Assembly: GCA_030265395.1 (NCBI GenBank)
Contig: JARFYF010000036.1
Span: 29,654,382-29,718,381 of the forward strand
From: Rhina ancylostomus
Taxonomy: Eukaryota
Length of the DNA stretch: 64,000 nt
Direction of reading: 5' to 3'
In this document: positions 1 to 12,900 of the stretch, in pieces
Layout: every line of letters starts with the position of its first letter
Position numbering within the stretch: position 1 is the first letter of the stretch
Translations under genes and position numbers: made by a program
The notes under the pieces: generated by a model
Database searches by the model: none
What the model was told of the DNA's origin: nothing
What the model saw: the letters and a program-made list of their open reading frames with translations, nothing else

Positions 1-208
1 TTTAACCAGATAGTGGTTGGTGCATGGAATGCACTGCCTGGGGCAGTTGTGGAGGCAGGTACATTGGTCAAATTCAAGAGATTACTAGATAGGCATATGA
101 AGGAATTTAAAATAGAGGATTATGTGGGAGGAAGGGGTTAGATAGTCTAAGGCGAGGTTTAAAGGTCAGCACAACATTGTGGGCTGAGGGGCCTGTATGG
201 TGCTGTTT
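1..208 (+). mobile_element. CR1-type LINE 3' end
   Basis: Closely similar to 3331-3535 (gtggttggtgcatggaatgcactgcctggggcag...acaacattgtgggc..agggg...gta). Confidence 0.85.
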
Positions 209-661
209 TATGATTTGTCCTGAAATAAATCAATAATTGCGCGGCGCTTATGAAAGTTGCACAGCTCAGTTGTCCCTGGCCACTTCCTTACATTTCTCTT
301 GCCTTGATGTCCGAGGCAAGTGGGCCATTCTTCATGGTCCAGCCCAACTCTTGTGTTGAAAAGGATGTTTTCTCTTCAAGATTTTGGTAGTGACAGTGTC
401 AAACTCTGCATAGAACTGATCTTCATTCTCTGTAGTAGAGCAATGATAGAGAACGTGCTGTTAACTGACCTAGTTTGGTTGAAAAGTGAATGGAGGGAAT
501 ACATTCTGAGCCATTTCTTGTGGGTTGTTGGGGTGTTCTATCATTGAGAACTATGAACTCATGGCAGCAAATCGATGCCTTGATCATGTTTCTTGTGATC
601 CCTTCCCTGTGAAATGCTTTTCTGTCAGGGTTAGCCTTGTCTCTTGAAAGGAGGCTTGCTT

Positions 662-790
662 AAATAAAAACAAAATGCTAGAGATACTCAGTAGGTTAGG
701 CAGCATCAGTGGAGAGATGTGAAATGTTAACTTTCTCTCTCCACGCATTGCTTGACCTGTTGATGTCTCCAGCATTTTCTGTTTTGATTT
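662..790. repeat. Inverted pair of Penelope-like terminal sequences (hairpin)
   Basis: aaaatgctagagatactcagtaggttaggcagcatcagtggagaga is roughly the reverse complement of tctctccacgcattgcttgacctgttgatgtctccagcattttc. Confidence 0.7.
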
Positions 791-3210
791 GCACTTGTAT
801 TCTATGTACCTTATCAATACCTTGGTGGCTTGCTTTAAATGAAATAGAACAATTTGTATCCATTTCACTGCTTTGTTAATTTACAGGGATATACTTAATC
901 ATTTGACATTCAGAAATGTTTAAAATTTATCTTTTTTTGTGTTTTAAGAAATGTTCTCTTCCCTTTCTCTTCCCCTTTCATTCTTTTGCTTAAATACTTT
1001 CAGACCCATGGTCACAACAAAATGTAAACTGGATTTGATTGTGTTTTCTTCCCTTCTTGCCTGGTGTCTTTTCTGTCAATTAAATTTTACATAAAATAGG
1101 AGGTAAATAAGGAAAGAAAAAATAGGAGTTACACTTTTTAAAAGGCAGCATGAAAAGGAATGGAAAATGTTAAGAGAAATCCTATTATTCAAAGGCTGCA
1201 TCAGTTTGCAATTTTATAATTGAGCAGTCTTCTTGGAGCTGTTGACTTGGCCTTGATATTGAACATAATGCATCATTTTTCACTTGACTGTGTGATATCA
1301 GTTACTGTTCTCTGCTGGTAATCCAGTCCTTTAAACCTCTTGGGATATAAACTCTCTGCTTTTGGATGCTCTGTGGAAATTGGGAGCATGAGCCATATTG
1401 AACAGGATATGGATATACTGGAACCTTACTGGCCTGTAAATCACCGAGACTTCGACCAGTAATAAAGCCAACTGAAAATCTAAGAAACTGATGTCTAACG
1501 CACTGAGGTGTGACCACTAAATGATTGAAATACTAAAATAGCTATGTGGTTGACTAGTGTTGAAATTGATTCTGTCCATCAACATACTTAATAGTGGAGA
1601 GAAAAAAATAATTCAATTAACTAACTACTGATTGCCCACTAGTTTGCTTGCCCTACCAAGTAAGTATTTCTTTCTGAGTGTTGTGCATTCATCTCACAGG
1701 CTGATTCTGATTTACTGGAAAGTGATCATTCTCTCCTGAGTCTTATCTGTTGGTCTCCCTTTCCTTTCTCACTGACCCACCCGATCCATTTTTTGACCTG
1801 TAAGGTTTTCCATTTACCTTTGAAGCATATGTGCAATCACACAGGGTTACGTCTGTTGGGTAATTTGAACATGAAATAGGATGAACATCAGAATTGGGCG
1901 CATGTCACCAAAGAAAATTATTGCTTTCTGTATTGAATTTAGTGCTCAAATGCAATTTTGACAGCCTCTATTTTCAGTGTTTGCACACCAAGCTAGATGG
2001 GGTGATAAAATGACCCTTTTTAAGAAACAAGTGGATTACCAAAGGTTTAAACATACTTCTTCAGATCGATCTCTTTGTTCAAGGTTTCAGCCATCTGTCA
2101 TCATATCTCCGAATACTCATATAAAGCAATGAGATGCTTTTTCCATGTAAAACGTCTTATAAATATGATGATTAATTTACGGTGCATGTGTGTCAGATTA
2201 CTTGTCTGCTTATAAATTGTTATTTCAAGACCATCATAGAGAGGCCACTAATTAGAATGTTGCAGAGCTTAGATAGCCAAGACTTTGTGAGCTTAGCTCC
2301 TTTATTCAGTAGATTATTTGTATTCTTAGCTTTGCTTTCAAGGCAGTGAAGTAGGGACCACTTGATTAGCTGCTTTGGTCCAATAATTGCTCTAGTTATC
2401 TTGGGGCATATTACAGAATATATTGAGATTAACCATAGACTGAAAGATTTTAGTGCTATATGTAATACACCAGAATTCCCCTCCCCTGAGTCACTTCACT
2501 GTAATGAACATGAATCAGGACTGTAATATTAATTCTTGACAGAGTATTGCTTAAGTAGTTTATTGGAAATAAAGGTTATGCTTTGACTTCATGGGTAAAG
2601 TGAAAACAGAGACTACCAAACTTGTACTGNNNNNNNNNNNNNNNNNNNNGTTCAAGAGAAATTGTGGATAACTGATTTCTTCTTAACTGTACATTGAAAA
2701 GTAAAGAAGGCAAGTTTTGGTTTAGACATTAATTTGAAGCTGAACAATCAGAGTTTAACAGAGGGGTACATCTTCAATATAATTTATGTGAATCAGTAAA
2801 AGAAGTAAAAAATATATTAAAATTATAGAGTTTTTGTTCTTAGAAACTGTCATTAAAATATGGAGCATTTTTGGAATTGGCCAGAGAAACAGAAATTATG
2901 TGGAGTTAGATAAATGTATGAAAAGAGAGCTCGGAAATAGGATTAAAGTTGCCAGGTGCTTGCAGAACTGTTGCTCGCAAAAGCACATTGGGCTGCAGTG
3001 ACCTCTTGTGTTGGAATTTTTATATTTTCATGATTTCAAATCTGACTAATCTGCAGTTAATTTGATTGGTTGAAGCTAGAAAAAAAATTGTCCTAATGAC
3101 AAATGGAATTCAGTAAAATGAGATATTGCCATTCTCTGTGATGTAGTAAATTTTAGTAAATCTGTTAAATGGGTAAAGTAGTAAACCATATTAAAATGTC
3201 TGCAAAATAT

Positions 3211-3553
3211 TAAGAGGAATAGATAGAGTGGACAGCCAGCACCTCTTTTCCAGAGCACCAATGCTCAATACAAGAGAACGTGGCTTTAAAGTAATGGATG
3301 GAAAGTTCAAGGGAGATATCAGAGGAAGGTTTTTCACTCAGAGTGGTTGGGGCATGGAATGCACTGCCTGGGGCAGTGGCGGAGGCAGGTACATTGGTCA
3401 AATTCAAGAGATTGCTAGATAAACATATGGAGGAATTTAAAGTAGAGGAATATGTGGGAAGAAGGGTTCAGATAGTCTTAGGTGAGGATTAAAGGTCAGC
3501 ACAACATTGTGGGCCAAAGGGGCTGTATTGTGCTGTACTATTCTATGTTCTAT
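3211..3553 (+). mobile_element. CR1-type LINE 3' end (RT C-terminus and 3' UTR)
   Basis: Translates GKFKGDIRGRFFT / RVVGAWNALP across a frameshift; ends in a short tandem (t/g)ttcta tail. Confidence 0.9.
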
Positions 3554-3726
3554 TATTATTAATTTATATTGCAGGGAGAATTTTTGACCAATTCGTATGA
3601 GGATTTTATTGTGGAGATTTGAGGCACACTTTTAATAATCCTTTCAATTTATTTTTTACAAAGTAAAACGTACTATGTTTCGTTGTATTCTAACTTTTTT
3701 TTGTAATTTTATTGTAGTCGCAAACC

Positions 3727-3918
3727 ATGAATTATGTGGGGCAGTTGGCTGAGCAGGTGTTCGTTACCGTGAAGGAGCTTTACAAAGGATTGAATCCAGC
3801 TACCTTGACAGGATGTATTGATGTCATAGTGGTCAGACAGCCGGATGGCTCATTCCATTGTTCGCCCTTTCATGTTCGTTTTGGCAAGCTTGGTGTATTG
3901 CGATCAAAAGAGAAGGTG
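3727..3918 (+). CDS. LPIN3: Lipin coding exon 1 (N-LIP), 192 nt
   Basis: Acceptor ttgtag ends 3717, so a non-coding first exon lies upstream. ATG in caaaccATG; ...RSKEKV then gtaagt at 3919. Confidence 0.97.
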
Positions 3919-6900
3919 GTAAGTTCTTTAATATGGGCTCCATTCATTTTATGAATCCATAGTCTGTTTTACAGATTCTGGTTCTTCACCCATGTTCTCA
4001 AAGTGTTTTACATCTGGAGTAAATAAAAATCATTAATTAACATCACCTTGGGTTGAGTGAGATGTTAATTGTATTCATTTTCAAAGTACTTTGTCTTTTG
4101 ACATTTTGATCTTAAGTATTCTGTATGAAGAAAATACCTTCTGTGAATAGTTGTGCAGAGAAGAAGGTTCTAGAATAATAACATGCACTTGCTTGGTATT
4201 TGCTGGAAGCTAATAAACTTTGATGTGGTTCCATTCAGCTTATAGTGTCCATCTGGGCAGCAAAAGATAATTTGGGCTATTCTTTTGGTTTCATAGTTTT
4301 GTGGTTTACAGCACATTGAGTGGTTATTCGGATGCTTTTTAAATGGGTTGAAAGTTTCTGTCTTTGCTTGGAAAGGATAAAGGGAAAATCTGTGATTAAA
4401 GTGAGATCAGGTTTGCCATGGGAATAAGCTGTCGAGGAAGTAACCTGGTTCCAGAGAGATTAACCATACCCTTTCCTTTCCTTCCCCATCTTCTGTGCAA
4501 CTTAAGACCAACTTATTTTCTCTCTTTTCTAGTTCTGAAAATGGGTCTTTGACGTGAAATATTAACTGTTTCTCTTTCCACAGATGCTACTGCCAGCACT
4601 TTTTATCTTTATTTCAGACTTACAGCATCTGCACTTGTTTCATCTTTGGCTGTCGATTTGCCTTTCAACAGAATAGACTTTTGTCAGGAGCAATAAAATA
4701 CTGAAATACTGCAATGCATTCTGTTCATGTTTATTTTAGGTTGATATTGAAATCAATGGAGAACCAGTCGAGCTGCAGATGAAACTTGGTCACAATGGAG
4801 AGGCTTTTTTTGTGGAAGAAACAGAGAAAGATGAGGTGTGCTGTGGTTTACTCTCTCAAGTCAGATTAAGGCTGATCTGCACTTTAACTTAAACGTGCTT
4901 TTGTTCTATAATATGTTAATACTTCACTGAATAATAAACTTTCTTAATCTTGAAAATTTCAAATATTCTGGCACCCATTGTCATTTGGAAAACAACAGGT
5001 GTTGTGGGCGAAATGTCCTGATTTCACTTCTCGAAAGCTGAGCTCTAATTTTAGGATGTCCAAAGTTTCATTGTTTTCTCCATTGTTATTTGTGTGAGTT
5101 TTTGTTGTGAAAATTGATTGCCCAAGCTGATTGTCTATATCAGAANNNNNNNNNNNNNNNNNNNNNNNNNNNNNNNNNNNNNNNNNNNNNNNNNNNNNNN
5201 NNNNNNNNNNNNNNNNNNNNNNNNNNNNNNNNNNNNNNNNNNNNNNNNNNNNNNNNNNNNNNNNNNNNNNNNNNNNNNNNNNNNNNNNNNNNNNNNNNNN
5301 NNNNNNNNNNNNNNNNNNNNNNNNNNNNNNNNNNNNNNNNNNNNNNNNNNNNNNNNNNNNNNNNNNNNNNNNNNTCCTGTTGAAGGAGCTTATTTTACAA
5401 AAGAAGCAAATTTGTCCGAGAATCAGAATTTGCTGAGTCCATTTACTGGGCCAGAAATTGATAACACAGTAACTAACACTTCAGCCAAAAAGAAAAGACG
5501 TCGCAGGAGGAAGCACAAACCAGAGAATTCAAAGAAAGATGAGCAGGAGTCCTCTTCAGATGAGCAAGATGTACCCGAGATGGATGTTAGTTCGGAAGAA
5601 CAACTACGATGTGCAGCTGCAAGGTAGGTTATTAACTTCTGGAAGCATTTGCACTAACATTGTGTTTTGTGCCTGATTATTAGTTACTTGATACATTGAC
5701 CAATCTGTTCCTGTTTATCTAGTAACACTAAATAAACTAGAAATTTCAGTCTCATTATCTTTTAATCTTCTCAGATCTAGTGGAAGAAGCAATGTCCTTT
5801 CATAACTTGCAACCCTAATATTTCTTAACATTTTTTCTATTAGTTTTATTTTCATTATATAAAGAATTGTCTGAGGGCTGTAAACAATATTTTATTCAAG
5901 AGTTGCATTGGAACATAAAAGGAATAGGAGCAAGAGTACGCCATTCAATTCCTCATTCCTGTCGCGCCATTAACTATTATGGCTGTTCCTTTACCACGAG
6001 GCCACTTTCCTGCACTAACCTTGTATCTGTTCCCTCCCTAAATATCAAAAAACCAAAAACTTTCCATTCCTATTTCTCCTTTGTAACACTTACTAAAATT
6101 TTATATATTTTTTATTTTATTGTTTTATAGTATAATTTGTTTTAAGGTTTGTTATTAGTATTGGTTTATTATTGTCACATGCATTGAGATAAAGTGAAAA
6201 GCTTTGGTTTTGCAAGCCATCCAGACAGATCATGCCATGCGTAATTACATCAAGATACAAAAAAGAAAACAATGCAGAATATAGTGTTGCAATTACAGAA
6301 AAAGTGTAGAAAAAATAAAGATCAAGGGCCACAGTGAGGTTGATTGGGAGATCTTGGTTTGGGCTGTCTGGAAGTATGGACTTCCCGCATTTATAACTGC
6401 AGGGCTTCTTCAGTATTTTTGCTGCAAATTTCTTGCTCATAGGCATCCCAGTTGACAGGCTGAAATGCATGGGTAAAGAAGTCTGAAGCACAAGGCCACA
6501 GCCAACTCGAGAGAGTGCTCAGTATTAATCATAGTGGGGGGGGGGGGCAGTTGGTGGTACCGATGAGGGTTAATAGGTGGATGAGGAGTGAGGGATAGAT
6601 CATATGTCCACTCAAGGCGGTTGATGCTGTGGGTGATATCAGAATTTTCCATTTTCATAGAACAGCAGTAATGTTGTCCACAACCCAGTGTCAGATTATG
6701 TTTGTAAACACAGTTGTTTCGTTTATGGGGAAAATCCCCCACAAAGCACGAAATAAATGTGATCTTAATTGTTACTTTTGAAGTGATGTTTGTTAACTTA
6801 GATTGGTGTGTGCATAAAATATAGTTGCCAGTAATTAAAGATTTTTTTTCTGCTGCAGTGAAATGTGCCATTTCTTTTCTGAATTACCTGATGAAGATTC

Positions 6901-9900
6901 AAACACATTCCATTCACGAGAAATCTATCCATATTCAGATGGTGAATGGTCTTCTCTTGAGAGGTATAATCGTGGGTTAAAGAACATTTAAGTGTATTTT
7001 GTTTGAGATGTAGCATTGAAGCTTGCCTAACAGTTCACTTTGTATTTCAGTCATTCCTATGACCGAATTTCATCACCAAAAAGTGACTCTGAATTGGTTG
7101 TAAAGTCACACGAAGGATCTTTTTTAGGAACAGAGTCTCGGATGCAATGGGCATGGGGAGGTTTTCCACAGGTACAGTATCTGTTGATAATTTTGTTATA
7201 CTTAATGTTTTCAGTTCAAAGTAGTTTATAAAATACTTATGTATCTCTTTAAACTTAAGTAGACTTTTTGCCTTNNNNNNNNNNNNNNNNNNNNNNNNNN
7301 NNNNNNNNNNNNNNNNNNNNNNNNNNNNNNNNNNNNNNNNNNNNNNNNNNNNNNNNNNNNNNNNNNNNNNNNNNNNNNNNNNNNNNNNNNNNNNNNNNNN
7401 NNNNNNNNNNNNNNNNNNNNNNNNNNNNNNNNNNNNNNNNNNNNNNNNNNNNNNNNNNNNNNNNNNNNNNNNNNNNNNNNNNNNNNNNNNNNNNNNNNNN
7501 NNNNNNNNNNNNNNNNNNNNNNNNNNNNNNNNNNNNNNNNNNNNNNNNNNNNNNNNNNNNNNNNNNNNNNNNNNNNNNNNNNNNNNNNNNNNNNNNNNNN
7601 NNNNNNNNNNNNNNNNNNNNNNNNNNNNNNNNNNNNNNNNNNNNNNNNNNNNNNNNNNNNNNNNNNNNNNNNNNNNNNNNNNNNNNNNNNNNNNNNNNNN
7701 NNNNNNNNNNNNNNNNNNNNNNNNNNNNNNNNNNNNNNNNNNNNNNNNNNNNNNNNNNNNNNNNNNNNNNNNNNNNNNNNNNNNNNNNNNNNNNNNNNNN
7801 NNNNNNNNNNNNNNNNNNNNNNNNNNNNNNNNNNNNNNNNNNNNNNNNNNNNNNNNNNNNNNNNNNNNNNNNNNNNNNNNNNNNNNNNNNNNNNNNNNNN
7901 NNTATCTGGATAAATTAACATCACCAAAAGTTTTCACGTATTTTAATGTAGATCACTGAAAACATATTTCCAGCAAAAAGGTAGATTAAGAAAAGATTTT
8001 CGGTGTTTTATCTTTACTGATGGCATTACGTTGCTTCAATTTAATATTTTAAAAAACATTCTTATTTTGTTGACTGTAAATGTTAAGTTTATTTTAATGA
8101 GTTGTTAGTAAAATATGTTCCTATGCACAATAATAGCCTTTACAGGTGAGTAAAATGGAAAAGTCTGAACAACCAAGAGTGGCCACCATTACACCTTCTG
8201 AGCATACACATTTCCGGGTCATCATGGACGACGGTGCAGCAGAAGCAACTACTTCTGATTCCTCTGAAATCAACAATACCATAACTGTTTTCAAGCCACA
8301 ACCTCGGACCCAAAGAAGTCCTTTGCTTGAAGCATCGGTGGAACAAACAGTTCCATCCACTGTGGGGCCAAACTTTTTAGAAGATGACTCATGGCCATTG
8401 GAACAAACAGAAGCTTTAGCAGAGACTTCTGTGATGAATTCTGCGGACCAAAGATCACTTTCAGAAGCTGAGATGTGTACGTCAGAAGAGAAAGGTGAAG
8501 TCTTCCAGTCAACTTTGCAGCCAGAAACTGAAAGCCCACCTTTAGAAAGCAGTAACAGTCCATGGCAACAGATGGTGTGCTCTGATGGCACTGCAAAAAC
8601 AGATGAAATGGATAAAAAGAAAGGTAAATATTAAAATCCAAAGGTACTGTGATTCATCAAATTTAATTTCAACTCTCCAATAAGTTTAGAGTTGTATCAC
8701 TTTCAGATTTGTACTGATGTTTCATTTTGATGTTATAAAATATTACCATAAATAAAAGCCAAAAATATTTTTAATGTTTTTACACAATGACGAATTATCT
8801 GGTATAGGTTGCTCAGTTTTCAGTAATTATAATCGTAGTCATCTGCACTTCAATAGAACCTCAAATATAGACAACTATCCAGAAATCTATTCAAAAATTG
8901 ATCTTAAGCCAAAGGATACGGACGAACAGTTTGGTTATAGGGGTAGGTTTCAAGAAGATCTTAATGGAAAAGAGAGAACAGATGTCATTTACAGAGGGAA
9001 TTTCAGAGTGCCTGTTCTAGACAGCTGAAGGCACAACTGCCAGCAGTGAAGTTCATGATGTGATGATTTCTTAAGCGGTTGGAATTAGAATAAAGTTATT
9101 TGAAATGGTATGGTTGGAAGCACTTATAATGAAATTGTGATGATTTTTGTTTATCTTGTGGCAAACAATGCTTAATCTAAACAGTACCCTAAAAGTACAT
9201 TCTTTGCTGTCTCTCTTGCCAAGTTTGAAAGTGGAGACTGGGTTTCAGTTGTTGGTAAGGCACGGGGTAGGAGATTGCTCTAAGTTTTTCAGTGTTTTTC
9301 GATAACTAGCTGCCCATTAAATTGTATTAATTAAAAATATTAGCTATTTTTTGTGAGCAGCCACTTGGCACATGCATAATTTCTGGATATCCGCATTACC
9401 CAAATAGCTGTGTCACAATTTTTTCCTCGAAGTGTTATTGAATATCAAGGAATGTTAGTTGAAATATGTTTTAAAAAGTTATTTTGACCCATGAGTGAAT
9501 CTGTCTTGTAAATTATGTCCCTCTTGCATCTCACTACTCTGTATATCATTCCACATGCAAATTAATCTGACAGTATTAGCTTGTGCACATTGGTTTGACA
9601 GCTTGGTTTCTTGGGATGGGGTGAAAAAGCATGGACTCGATATTCCAAAATGATCTCCCTGACTGATACAGTGATTTGCAGGTAATCATTTTAGTAACAC
9701 ATTATGGGCATTGCATGCTTCAATTCATAGGGGGCTCAGACTTCATTTTAAAAAGTGTTTTTAAGCAAGCATACAAATTGTTGGCAAAAAGGCCATAACC
9801 ACTAAAGCACTTTTTCCATCATGGCCTGCATTTCTTTTTAAAACTGTCTTTAGAAACATTTCTCCTTTGCATGAAAATCTGTATCTGAGAACTCTTCAGC

Positions 9901-12900
9901 CACATTGTAAACGATGGATTGCAGCTTTGTTTCCACATAATGACTTGTATATAACTGACTGCTGTTTTATCAGAATGAATTGGAATGTTCCAAGTAAGAA
10001 AAGAAAACAAGTACAAAAGAGCCCTAGAAGGTCTTGTGAGGAAAGGTGTACCGGACTTGATCTTTGGTCTGAGCTGAGTTTGCTTCATCTTTGGGTTTAG
10101 AAAGATGGTTTCTACACGTAAGTTTTTCTGGGAGGAATGTAGCTGAGAATAGAATTAGATAAGAGTATGTAGAGCTGTGCAATCAGATAACTTGTAGCTC
10201 TCTCTTCAAACTTGCACATGTTACGCTGCCACTTGTGTTAGCACATACCATTAAAAACTAGCACATTCAAAAAAAGGGGAGCAGAAATGGGGCCAAGTGG
10301 TAGGTAGATAAACCTTGGGTATATGTTACAAAATTGTGTTAAATATCATTGTTCAATCTACTCAGATTTCACCATAAATTGCAAGAAAATCTCTTCCATA
10401 CATACAATAGCATGATGTGCAGAAAGTAAAAACTTTTTTAAAAGTTTGAGTTTCATGGAAGTATACTCTTTTACTTTAATAGTGCTACAAGGAACAGCAC
10501 AGATTAGGGCACAGATCCCCAGTACACATCTTCTGAATGTCAAAATTTTGGAGTCTTGTGCATATTCATCAAACCAATTTTATGAAAAGAGGAAGCTAAC
10601 CAGTAGGAATTTGCCAATCTTGAAACTTACAAGCAATTTGCCTTTTGATCATTTCAGTTGCCTGGATTCCAACAGAGAAGACCTGCAGTAGTCTTAAGAT
10701 CTTCTCCTTTTTTGGGTTATACAGGAGAGATATTTGTAATAGTAAAATCAAAATTTGCAGTGCACATTAAATGTCATTTTTGAACTATGTTCAAATGTAT
10801 CAGATAAAATCTAGACATAGAACACTGTAGATGGTTCAAATTTTAATGCCATATTTAAATTGTAATCCAGATTTCCCAAATATGTAACCTAAACTCAAAT
10901 TGTATATGACTGAATAACTAATATTTTTGTCTGACAATATTGGTNNNNNNNNNNNNNNNNNNNNNNNNNNNNNNNNNNNNNNNNNNNNNNNNNNNNNNNN
11001 NNNNNNNNNNNNNNNNNNNNNNNNNNNNNNNNNNNNNNNNNNNNATTGGTCCCCCTGTGGTGCTGTCCATAGTTGGCTCACTGGTCTGGAGCATGGTTGT
11101 AATGATTGGTTGCTTGATAAGATGACCTAACCTTTTTGGTGTTTAAAAAGCATTATCTTAAATGGGGTGATAACAGTCTCCACTGATCTAAGCAAACTGT
11201 TTGGAAGAGTGGTATTTAGAGGAATGATGTATCTATAAATAATGAACTTGCAGTAAGAGTCTGCAACAATGGATGTACTTGTACTGTCATTTTTGCATCA
11301 GTATAAAGTAGAATGAAAACAATGGTCAGGTATTAGTGTAGTATTCAGCCATTAGCTTGACACCATCTAGTGGCATAAGAAGTGTACTGGTTATTTTACT
11401 GGATTAGTACCTAGAAGCATGACTATTGAAATTGAGATGTGGGTTTGAATCCTAACACATGGAATATTGAATTTCAAGTATTTAAATAAATCATGAAACT
11501 ACCAGGTTATTGTAAACACCTATCAGGTTCACTGAAGAAAATCTGTTATTCTTGCCCTCTATTTCTGGCCAATGGCCATTTGGTTGACCACAATTACCTT
11601 TTGAAACCAGCAGATCAGCCACAGTTAGTAGGATTATCTTGGCCTTGCCAGTGAAGCCTGTATCTCTGGAATGAACAAACATAACAATAGAGTCCAATTC
11701 GTATAGTCATATCTCCTAACCTCACCCACTTATCCTGTCAGTGTGATCCACTTTGTACCAATTCACTTTGACAGTGCAGTGCCATTAATTCAAAAAGCTT
11801 TCATTTGTTTTGTGGTATTACTCAATAGCTGCTTCATGCTGTCATTAAAGAGCTCACTTGCTCCACTCCATCTGCAGTAGTCACTCTTAGCCAATCAGTC
11901 TGAATGTTGGATTCCCATTCCCCAGCATCTCCACTTTATTACTTACCTTCCTGCCTTCAGAAATTTTTTGAGAACTTTATGTTGCACACCCATTTATCCC
12001 CTCTGAATTAATCCTTTACCCCTCACTCAAAGTCCACTTATTGTTCAGTGTGCATGCTCAAGCATATTTTTCCATACGTGATACATGCTGCAATCAATTT
12101 ATTTTCCACATAATATTTTCCAATTTAAAGTATCTTTGTTCAATGCACCATTTTGTAGTATATATGTGCAACTAAATGATCTTCCTTGCAAACTCGTTCC
12201 CCTCTGCAACACACCAGACTCTCAAAAGAGTGAATCATATGCTGTATGATTGCTTTGATCAATATCCTATGACCCTTCTGTTGCTATTCTTTCATCTGCC
12301 TTCTTTCCATTGATCCGATGACAGAATGCTTCAAAGATGTTGATTAACTTGGCTTTTTTTTTCTCCTCTTGGATTACATGTTTGAACAGAAACTTGATTT
12401 CCAATTTTTTTTGTGAAAATTATTTTTCCACATTTTCTTGGATTTTGTCTGCAGTTGTGGTTCCTATTTCTGGAAATTGATAATGGACACAGATTGGAGT
12501 CTTGGGCAATATGCTTGCAGTAATGCCTTTAGCAGAAACTCTTATCAGTGAAAAACATTGTGATCTGGTACTCCCGAGATCTCAATGAAGGACAAAAACT
12601 AAATTCAGTGAGTTTACATTCAAACCATTCAAATTCTTTANNNNNNNNNNNNNNNNNNNNNNNNNNATAGCATATAGGCAGCTTTCAAATAAAATAGCAA
12701 TTTACATGTAGATCCTTTCCAAGGTGATTTTAAAATGAGGCTTTGGGTCCTGTGATTTAAAATTAATTTTCATGATCTGGAAAGCATATAATTATGCATC
12801 GGTTGTATTTCAAATTTTAATGCTGGGTATTAACACCTCATTCTAAACTAACTCCTACGGCTACTTTTCAAACAGATGTATGATAGTCATTAAAACCAGA

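Noticed and set aside
8121-8641. Antisense ORFs over lipin exon 6 (also + strand ORFs 55987-56634 over the EMILIN exon)
   Set aside because: Shadow ORFs produced by codon structure on the coding strand.
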